Positions 1 through 9,959 of a stretch of DNA of 64,000 nt are shown here, piece by piece. The notes beneath the pieces are model-generated. The model ran no database searches. It saw nothing but the letters and a program-made list of their open reading frames with translations, and had not been told where the DNA came from. The stretch comes from the human T2T-CHM13v2.0 reference genome, Homo sapiens. The stretch lies in assembly GCF_009914755.1 (NCBI RefSeq), contig NC_060927.1. One strand, 5' to 3'. The number at the start of each line of letters is the position of its first letter. Positions within the stretch are counted from its first letter, which is position 1. Made by a program: the position numbers and the translations under genes.

Positions 1-173
1 AGATATTTCCTTTCCTACCATTCACTTCAAAGCGCTTGAAGTCTCCCCCTGAAAATTCCACAAAAAGTGTTTCCAATCTGCTCCGCCTAAAGGAAGCTTA
101 AACTCTGTGACTTGAATACCCACAACCCAAAGAAGTTACTGAGAATTCTTCTGTCTAGCATTATATGAAGAAA

Positions 174-190
174 TCCCGTTTCCAACGAAG
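174..190 (-). other. CENP-B box, canonical (recurs in each HOR)
   Basis: tcccgtttccaacgaag is the reverse complement of CTTCGTTGGAAACGGGA. Confidence 0.97.
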
Positions 191-512
191 GCCTCAAATA
201 CATCCAAATATCCAGTTGCTGACTTTACAAACTGAGTGTTTCCAAACTGCTCTATGAAAAGAAAGGTTAAACACTGTGAGTTGAACACACACGTACCAAA
301 GTAGTTTCTGAGAATGATTCTGTCTAGTTTGCATACGAAGATATTTCCTTTTCTACCATTGGCCTCAAAGCTCTGAAATCTCCACTTGCAAATTCCACAA
401 AAAGAGAGTTTCAAATCTGCTGTTTCTAAAGGAAAGTTCAACTCTGAGAGTTGAATACACACCAGAAAAAGCAGTTACTGAGAAGTCTTCTGTCTAGCAT
501 TATATGAAGAAA

Positions 513-529
513 TCCCATTTCCAACGAAG
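513..529 (-). other. Degenerate CENP-B box fixed in the HOR
   Basis: tcccAtttccaacgaag: the essential CGGG has become TGGG. The same change is present in every unit I checked (e.g. 3404, 6295, 62418). Confidence 0.9.
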
Positions 530-853
530 ACTTCAAAGAGGTCCAAATATCCACTTGCAGATTCTGCAAAAAGAGTGTTTCGAAACAACTGTATGAAAAG
601 AAAGGTTAAACACTGTGAGTTGAACGCACACATTGCAAAGCAGTTTCTGAGAATGATTCCGTCTAATTATTATACGAAGGTATTTCCTTTTCTATCATTG
701 GCCTCAAAGCGCTTGATACCTCCACCTGAAAATTCCACAAAAAGAGTGTTTCCAATCTACTCTGTCTAAAGGAACGTTCAACTCTGTGAGTTGAATACAC
801 ACACACAGAAAGAATTCACTGAGAATTCTTCTGTCTGGCATTACATGAAGAAA

Positions 854-870
854 TCCCGTTTCCAACGAAG
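854..870 (-). other. CENP-B box, canonical
   Basis: tcccgtttccaacgaag. Confidence 0.97.
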
Positions 871-1367
871 GCCTCAAAGAGGTCCAAATATCCACTTGCA
901 GATTCTGCAAAAAGAGTGTTTCAAAACCGCTCCATTAAAAGGAATGTTGAACTCTGTGAGTTGAATGCAAACATCACAACTCAGTTGCTGAGAATGCTTC
1001 TGACTAGATTTTATGGTAAGATATTTCCTTTTCTACCGTAGGCTTCAATGCCCTCTAAATACACCCTTGCAAATTCTACAAAGAGACTGTTTCATAACTG
1101 CTCTCTAGGAAGAAAGGTTCAACTCTGTGAGTTGAATGCAGAGATCACAACGTGGTTTCTGCGAATGATTCTTTGTAGTTTTTACATGAAGATATTTCGT
1201 TGTCAACCGTAGGCTTCAAAGCACTCAAAGTATTCACTTGGAACTTTTACAAAAAGAGTGTTAGAAAACTGCTCTTTCCAAAGTAAGGTTCAACTCTGTG
1301 AGTTGAATGCACACATAACAATCAAGAAGTTTCTGAGAATTCTTCTGTCCTGGTTTATATGAAAAAA

Positions 1368-1384
1368 TCCCGTTTCGAACGAAG
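1368..1384 (-). other. CENP-B box (this copy has a private change at a non-essential base)
   Basis: tcccgtttcGaacgaag retains the CCCG-NN-T-NNNN-CGAA core; the box is canonical in most other units. Confidence 0.9.
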
Positions 1385-1705
1385 GCCTCAAAGACGTTTA
1401 AATATCCACATGCAGACTTCACAAACAGAGGGTTTCCAAACTGCTCTATGAAAAGAAAGGTTAAACTCTGTGAGTTGAACGCACACATCACAAAGTAGCT
1501 TCTGAGAATGATACTGTCTAGTTTTTATACGAAGATATTTCCTTTCTACCATTGGCGTCAAAGCGCTAGAATTCTCCACTTGCAAATTCCACAAAAAGAG
1601 TGTTTCCAATCTGCTCTGTCTAAAGGAAGGTTCAACTCTGTGAGTTGAATACACACACACAAAGAAGCTACTGAGAATTCTGTTGTCAAGAATTATAAGA
1701 AGAAA

Positions 1706-1722
1706 TCCCGTTTCCAACGAAG
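1706..1722 (-). other. CENP-B box, canonical
   Basis: tcccgtttccaacgaag. Confidence 0.97.
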
Positions 1723-2046
1723 GCCTCAAAGAGTTCCAAATATCCACTTGCACACTGCACAAACTAAGTCTTTCCAAACTGCTCTATGCAAAGAAATGTT
1801 CAACTCTGTGAGTTTAATACGCACATCACAAAGCAGTTTCTGAGAATGATACTGTCTAGTTTTTATACGAAGATATTTCCTTTTGTACCATTGGCCTCAT
1901 ACTGCTAGAATTTTCCACTTGCAAATTCCACAAAAAGAGTGTTTCCAATCCGCTCTGTCTAAAGGAAGGTTCAACTCTCTGATTTGAATACATACATCCC
2001 AAAAGAAGTTACTGAGAATTCTTCTGTCTAGCATTATGTGAAGAAA

Positions 2047-2063
2047 TCCCGTTTCCAACGAAA
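2047..2063 (-). other. CENP-B box, canonical (TTTCG form)
   Basis: tcccgtttccaacgaaa. Confidence 0.96.
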
Positions 2064-2387
2064 GCCTCAAAGAGGTCCAAATATCCAGTTGCAGAATTTA
2101 CAAACTGACTGTTTCCAAACTCATCTATGAAAAGAAAGGTTGAACTCTGTGAGTTGAATGCACATATCACAAAGTAGTTCCTGAGAATGATTCTGTCTAG
2201 TTTTCATACGAAGATATTTCCTTTTCCACCAATGGCCTCAAAGTGCTTGAAATCTCCCCTTGCAAATTCCACAGACAAGTGTTTCAAATCTGCACTGTCT
2301 AAAGGAAGGTTCAACCCTGTGAGTTGAATACACACACACAGAAAAAAATTCACTGAGAATTCTATTGTCTATCATTACACGAAGAAA

Positions 2388-2404
2388 TCCCGTTTACTAC
2401 GAAG
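2388..2404 (-). other. Variant CENP-B box with core nucleotides intact
   Basis: tcccgtttActacgaag has two substitutions, both at non-essential positions, and keeps the 9-nt core. Confidence 0.85.
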
Positions 2405-2726
2405 GCCTCAAAGAGGTCCAAATATCCAGCTGCAGACATTACAAACTGAGTGTTTCCAAAGTGCTCTATGAAAAGAAGTGTTAAACACTGTGAGTTCAAT
2501 GCACACATCCCAAAGCAGTTTCTGAGAATGATTCCGTCTATTTTTTCTACGAAGATATTTCCTTTTCTGCCGTTGGCCTCAAAGCGCTTGAAATCTCCAC
2601 TTGCAAATTCCACAAAAAGAGAGTTTCAAATCTGCTCTGTCTAAAGGAAGGTTCAACTCTGTGAGTTGAATACACACCACAAAAAGAAGTTACTGAGAAG
2701 TCTTCTGTCTAGCATTATATGAAAAA

Positions 2727-2743
2727 TCCCGTTTCCAACGAAG
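2727..2743 (-). other. CENP-B box, canonical
   Basis: tcccgtttccaacgaag. Confidence 0.97.
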
Positions 2744-5700
2744 GCCACAAAGAGGTCCAAATATCCACTTGCAGATTCTGCAAAAAGAGTGTTTCCAAAC
2801 TGCTCTATGAAAAGAAACGTTAAACTCTGTGAGTTGAACGCAAACATCACAAAGTAGTTTCTGAGAATGACTCCGTCTAGTTTTTATACGAAGATATTTC
2901 CTTTCCTACCATTCACTTCAAAGCGCTTGAAGTCTCCCCCTGAAAATTCCACAAAAAGTGTTTCCAATCTGCTCCGCCTAAAGGAAGCTTCAACTCTGTG
3001 AGTTGAATACCCACAACCCAAAGAAGTTACTGAGAATTCTTCTGTCTAGCATTATATGAAGAAATCCCGTTTCCAACGAAGGCCTCAAATACATCCAAAT
3101 ATCCAGTTGCTGACTTTACAAACTGAGTGTTTCCAAACTGCTCTATGAAAAGAAAGGTTAAACACTGTGAGTTGAACACACACGTACCAAAGTAGTTTCT
3201 GAGAATGATTCTGTCTAGTTTGCATACGAAGATATTTCCTTTTCTACCATTGGCCTCAAAGCTCTGAAATCTCCACTTGCAAATTCCACAAAAAGAGAGT
3301 TTCAAATCTGCTGTTTCTAAAGGAAAGTTCAACTCTGAGAGTTGAATACACACCAGAAAAAGCAGTTACTGAGAAGTCTTCTGTCTAGCATTATATGAAG
3401 AAATCCCATTTCCAACGAAGACTTCAAAGAGGTCCAAATATCCACTTGCAGATTCTGCAAAAAGAGTGTTTCGAAACAACTGTATGAAAAGAAAGGTTAA
3501 ACACTGTGAGTTGAACGCACACATTGCAAAGCAGTTTCTGAGAATGATTCCGTCTAACTATTATACGAAGGTATTTCCTTTTCTATCATTGGCCTCAAAG
3601 CGCTTGATACCTCCACCTGAAAATTCCACAAAAAGAGTGTTTCCAATCTACTCTGTCTAAAGGAACGTTCAACTCTGTGAGTTGAATACACACACACAGA
3701 AAGAATTCACTGAGAATTCTTCTGTCTGGCATTACATGAAGAAATCCCGTTTCCAACGAAGGCCTCAAAGAGGTCCAAATATCCACTTGCAGATTCTGCA
3801 AAAAGAGTGTTTCAAAACCGCTCCATTAAAAGGAATGTTGAACTCTGTGAGTTGAATGCAAACATCACAACTCAGTTTCTGAGAATGCTTCTGACTAGAT
3901 TTTATGGTAAGATATTTCCTTTTCTACCGTAGGCTTCAATGCCCTCTAAATACACCCTTGCAAATTCTACAAAGAGACTGTTTCATAACTGCTCTATAGG
4001 AAGAAAGGTTCAACTCTGTGAGTTGAATGCAGAGATCACAACGTGGTTTCTGCGAATGATTCTTTGTAGTTTTTACATGAAGATATTTCGTTGTCAACCG
4101 TAGGCTTCAAAGCACTCAAAGTATTCACTTGGAACTTTTACAAAAAGAGTGTTAGAAAACTGCTCTTTCCAAAGTAAGGTTCAACTCTGTGAGTTGAATG
4201 CACACATAACAATCAAGAAGTTTCTGAGAATTCTTCTGTCCTGGTTTATATGAAAAAATCCCGTTTCCAACGAAGGCCTCAAAGACGTTTAAATATCCAC
4301 TTGCAGACTTCACAAACAGAGGGTTTCCAAACTGCTCTATGAAAAGAAAGGTTAAACTCTGTGAGTTGAACGCACACATCACAAAGTAGCTTCTGAGAAT
4401 GATACTGTCTAGTTTTTATACGAAGATATTTCCTTTCTACCATTGGCGTCAAAGCGCTAGAATTCTCCACTTGCAAATTCCACAAAAAGAGTGTTTCCAA
4501 TCTGCTCTGTCTAAAGGAAGGTTCAACTCTGTGAGTTGAATACACACACACAAAGAAGCTACTGAGAATTCTTTTGTCAAGAATTATAAGAAGAAATCCC
4601 GTTTCCAACGAAGGCCTCAAAGAGTTCCAAATATCCACTTGCACACTGCACAAACTAAGTCTTTCCAAACTGCTCTATGCAAAGAAATGTTCAACTCTGT
4701 GAGTTTAATACGCACATCACAAAGCAGTTTCTGAGAATGATACTGTCTAGTTTTTATACGAAGATATTTCCTTTTGTACCATTGGCCTCATACTGCTAGA
4801 ATTTTCCACTTGCAAATTCCACAAAAAGAGTGTTTCCAATCCGCTCTGTCTAAAGGAAGGTTCAACTCTCTGATTTGAATACATACATCCCAAAAGAAGT
4901 TCCTGAGAATTCTTCTGTCTAGCATTATGTGAAGAAATCCCGTTTCCAACGAAAGCCTCAAAGAGGTCCAAATATCCAGTTGCAGAATTTACAAACTGAC
5001 TGTTTCCAAACTCATCTATGAAAAGAAAGGTTGAACTCTGTGAGTTGAATGCACATATCACAAAGTAGTTCCTGAGAATGATTCTGTCTAGTTTTCATAC
5101 GAAGATATTTCCTTTTCCACCAATGGCCTCAAAGTGCTTGAAATCTCCCCTTGCAAATTCCACAGACAAGTGTTTCAAATCTGCACTGTCTAAAGGAAGG
5201 TTCAACCCTGTGAGTTGAATACACACACACAGAAAAAAATTCACTGAGAATTCTATTGTCTATCATTACACGAAGAAATCCCGTTTACTACGAAGGCCTC
5301 AAAGAGGTCCAAATATCCAGCTGCAGACATTACAAACTGAGTGTTTCCAAAGTGCTCTATGAAAAGAAGTGTTAAACACTGTGAGTTCAATGCACACATC
5401 CCAAAGCAGTTTCTGAGAATGATTCCGTCTATTTTTTCTACGAAGATATTTCCTTTTCTGCCGTTGGCCTCAAAGCGCTTGAAATCTCCACTTGCAAATT
5501 CCACAAAAAGAGAGTTTCAAATCTGCTCTGTCTAAAGGAAGGTTCAACTCTGTGAGTTGAATACACACCACAAAAAGAAGTTACTGAGAATTCTTCTGTC
5601 TAGCATTATATGAAAAATCCCGTTTCCAACGAAGGCCACAAAGAGGTCCAAATATCCACTTGCAGATTCTGCAAAAAGAGTGTTTCCAAACTGCTCTATG

Positions 5701-5875
5701 AAAAGAAACGTTAAACTCTGTGAGTTGAACGCAAACATCACAAAGTAGTTTCTGAGAATGACTCCGTCTAGTTTTTATACGAAGATATTTCCTTTCCTAC
5801 CATTCACTTCAAAGCGCTTGAAGTCTCCCCCTGAAAATTCCACAAAAAGTGTTTCCAATCTGCTCCGCCTAAAGG

Positions 5876-8800
5876 AAGCTTCAACTCTGTGAGTTGAATA
5901 CCCACAACCCAAAGAAGTTACTGAGAATTCTTCTGTCTAGCATTATATGAAGAAATCCCGTTTCCAACGAAGGCCTCAAATACATCCAAATATCCAGTTG
6001 CTGACTTTACAAACTGAGTGTTTCCAAACTGCTCTATGAAAAGAAAGGTTAAACACTCTGAGTTGAACACACACGTACCAAAGTAGTTTCTGAGAATGAT
6101 TCTGTCTAGTTTGCATACGAAGATATTTCCTTTTCTACCATTGGCCTCAAAGCTCTGAAATCTCCACTTGCAAATTCCACAAAAAGAGAGTTTCAAATCT
6201 GCTGTTTCTAAAGGAAAGTTCAACTCTGGGAGTTGAATACACACCAGAAAAAGCAGTTACTGAGAAGTCTTCTGTCTAGCATTATATGAAGAAATCCCAT
6301 TTCCAACGAAGACTTCAAAGAGGTCCAAATATCCACTTGCAGATTCTGCAAAAAGAGTGTTTCGAAACAACTGTATGAAAAGAAAGGTTAAACACTGTGA
6401 GTTGAACGCACACATTGCAAAGCAGTTTCTGAGAATGATTCCGTCTAATTATTATACGAAGGTATTTCCTTTTCTATCATTGGCCTCAAAGCGCTTGATA
6501 CCTCCACCTGAAAATTCCACAAAAAGAGTGTTTCCAATCTACTCTGTCTAAAGGAACGTTCAACTCTGTGAGTTGAATACACACACACAGAAAGAATTCA
6601 CTGAGAATTCTTCTGTCTGGCATTACATGAAGAAATCCCGTTTCCAACGAAGGCCTCAAAGAGGTCCAAATATCCACTTGCAGATTCTGCAAAAAGAGTG
6701 TTTCAAAACCGCTCCATTAAAAGGAATGTTGAACTCTGTGAGTTGAATGCAAACATCACAACTCAGTTGCTGAGAATGCTTCTGACTAGATTTTATGGTA
6801 AGATATTTCCTTTTCTACCGTAGGCTTCAATGCCCTCTAAATACACCCTTGCAAATTCTACAAAGAGACTGTTTCATAACTGCCCTATAGGAAGAAAGGT
6901 TCAACTCTGTGAGTTGAATGCAGAGATCACAACGTGGTTTCTGCGAATGATTCTTTGTAGTTTTTACATGAAGATATTTCGTTGTCAACCGTAGGCTTCA
7001 AAGCACTCAAAGTATTCACTTGGAACTTTTACAAAAAGAGTGTTAGAAAACTGCTCTTTCCAAAGTAAGGTTCAACTCTGTGAGTTGAATGCACACATAA
7101 CAATCAAGAAGTTTCTGAGAATTCTTCTGTCCTGGTTTATATGAAAAAATCCCGTTTCCAACGAAGGCCTCAAAGACGTTTAAATATCCACTTGCAGACT
7201 TCACAAACAGAGGGTTTCCAAACTGCTCTATGAAAAGAAAGGTTAAACTCTGTGAGTTGAACGCACACATCACAAAGTAGCTTCTGAGAATGATACTGTC
7301 TAGTTTTTATACGAAGATATTTCCTTTCTACCATTGGCGTCAAAGCGCTAGAATTCTCCACTTGCAAATTCCACAAAAAGAGTGTTTCCAATCTGCTCTG
7401 TCTAAAGGAAGGTTCAACTCTGTGAGTTGAATACACACACACAAAGAAGCTACTGAGAATTCTTTTGTCAAGAATTATAAGAAGAAATCCCGTTTCCAAC
7501 GAAGGCCTCAAAGAGTTCCAAATATCCACTTGCACACTGCACAAACTAAGTCTTTCCAAACTGCTCTATGCAAAGAAATGTTCAACTCTGTGAGTTTAAT
7601 ACGCACATCACAAAGCAGTTTCTGAGAATGATACTGTCTAGTTTTTATACGAAGATATTTCCTTTTGTACCATTGGCCTCATACTGCTAGAATTTTCCAC
7701 TTGCAAATTCCACAAAAAGAGTGTTTCCAATCCGCTCTGTCTAAAGGAAGGTTCAACTCTCTGATTTGAATACATACATCCCAAAAGAAGTTACTGAGAA
7801 TTCTTCTGTCTAGCATTATGTGAAGAAATCCCGTTTCCAACGAAAGCCTCAAAGAGGTCCAAATATCCAGTTGCAGATTCTGCAAAAAGAGTGTTTCAAA
7901 ACCGCTCCATTAAAAGGAATGTTGAACTCTGTGAGTTGAATGCAAACATCACAACTCAGTTGCTGAGAATGCTTCTGACTAGATTTTATGGTAAGATATT
8001 TCCTTTTCTACCGTAGGCTTCAATGCCCTCTAAATACACCCTTGCAAATTCTACAAAGAGACTGTTTCATAACTGCTCTATAGGAAGAAAGGTTCAACTC
8101 TGTGAGTTGAATGCAGAGATCACAACGTGGTTTCTGCGAATGATTCTTTGTAGTTTTTACATGAAGATATTTCGTTGTCAACCGTAGGCTTCAAAGCACT
8201 CAAAGTATTCACTTGGAACTTTTACAAAAAGAGTGTTAGAAAACTGCTCTTTCCAAAGTAAGGTTCAACTCTGTGAGTTGAATGCACACATAACAATCAA
8301 GAAGTTTCTGAGAATTCTTCTGTCCTGGTTTATATGAAAAAATCCCGTTTCCAACGAAGGCCTCAAAGACGTTTAAATATCCACTTGCAGACTTCACAAA
8401 CAGAGGGTTTCCAAACTGCTCTATGAAAAGAAAGGTTAAACTCTGTGAGTTGAACGCACACATCACAAAGTAACTTCTGAGAATGATACTGTCTAGTTTT
8501 TATACGAAGATATTTCCTTTCTACCATTGGCGTCAAAGCGCTAGAATTCTCCACTTGCAAAATCCACAAAAAGAGTGTTTCCAATCTGCTCTGTGTAAAG
8601 GAAGGTTCAACTCTGTGAGTTGAATACACACACACAAAGAAGCTACTGAGAATTCTTTTGTCAAGAATTATAAGAAGAAATCCCGTTTCCAACGAAGGCC
8701 TCAAAGAGTTCCAAATATCCACTTGCACACTGCACAAACTAAGTCTTTCCAAACTGCTCTATGCAAAGAAATGTTCAACTCTGTGAGTTTAATACGCACA

Positions 8801-9959
8801 TCACAAAGCAGTTTCTGAGAATGATACTGTCTAGTTTTTATACGAAGATATTTCCTTTTGTACCATTGGCCTCATACTGCTAGAATTTTCCACTTGCAAA
8901 TTCCACAAAAAGAGTGTTTCCAATCCGCTCTGTCTAAAGGAAGGTTCAACTCTCTGATTTGAATACATACATCCCAAAAGAAGTTCCTGAGAATTCTTCT
9001 GTCTAGCATTATGTGAAGAAATCCCGTTTCCAACGAAAGCCTCAAAGAGGTCCAAATATCCAGTTGCAGAATTTACAAACTGACTGTCTCCAAACTCATC
9101 TATGAAAAGAAAGGTTGAACTCTGTGAGTTGAATGCACATATCACAAAGTAGTTCCTGAGAATGATTCTGTCTAGTTTTCATACGAAGATATTTCCTTTT
9201 CCACCAATGGCCTCAAAGTGCTTGAAATCTCCCCTTGCAAATTCCACAGACAAGTGTTTCAAATCTGCACTGTCTAAAGGAAGGTTCAACCCTGTGAGTT
9301 GAATACACACACACAGAAAAAAATTCACTGAGAATTCTATTGTCTATCATTACACGAAGAAATCCCGTTTACTACGAAGGCCTCAAAGAGGTCCAAATAT
9401 CCAGCTGCAGACATTACAAACTGAGTGTTTCCAAAGTGCTCTATGAAAAGAAGTGTTAAACACTGTGAGTTCAATGCACACATCCCAAAGCAGTTTCTGA
9501 GAATGATTCCGTCTATTTTTTCTACGAAGATATTTCCTTTTCTGCCGTTGGCCTCAAAGCGCTTGAAATCTCCACTTGCAAATTCCACAAAAAGAGAGTT
9601 TCAAATCTGCTCTGTCTAAAGGAAGGTTCAACTCTGTGAGTTGAATACACACCACAAAAAGAAGTTACTGAGAATTCTTCTGTCTAGCATTATATGAAAA
9701 ATCCCGTTTCCAACGAAGGCCACAAAGAGGTCCAAATATCCACTTGCAGATTCTGCAAAAAGAGTGTTTCCAAACTGCTCTATGAAAAGAAACGTTAAAC
9801 TCTGTGAGTTGAACGCAAACATCACAAAGTAGTTTCTGAGAATGACTCCGTCTAGTTTTTATACGAAGATATTTCCTTTCCTACCATTCACTTCAAAGCG
9901 CTTGAAGTCTCCCCCTGAAAACTCCACAAAAAGTGTTTCCAATCTGCTCCGCCTAAAGG
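5876..9959 (-). repeat. Structural-variant HOR: 24 monomers, 4,084 bp (17+7, equivalent to two HORs minus 10 monomers)
   Basis: HindIII spacing is 4,084 bp instead of 2,891 bp. Segment 6678-7870 is reiterated at 7871-9063 (1,193 bp), and the ORF pair 7043/7170 recurs at 8236/8363. A chimeric monomer spans the junction at 7871-7877. Confidence 0.95.

Larger units (their letters stand above)
94..2984 (-). repeat. Representative canonical HOR unit (17 monomers: 8 B-box type, 9 A/pJalpha-box type)
   Basis: B-type boxes start at 174, 513, 854, 1368, 1706, 2047, 2388 and 2727. A-type motifs (acgaagatatttcctttt-like) lie near 340, 676, 1015, 1187, 1528, 1866, 2207, 2548 and 2887. The ~340-bp AB dimer rhythm, with frequent EcoRI GAATTC sites, is typical of suprachromosomal family 1. 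Confidence 0.95.
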
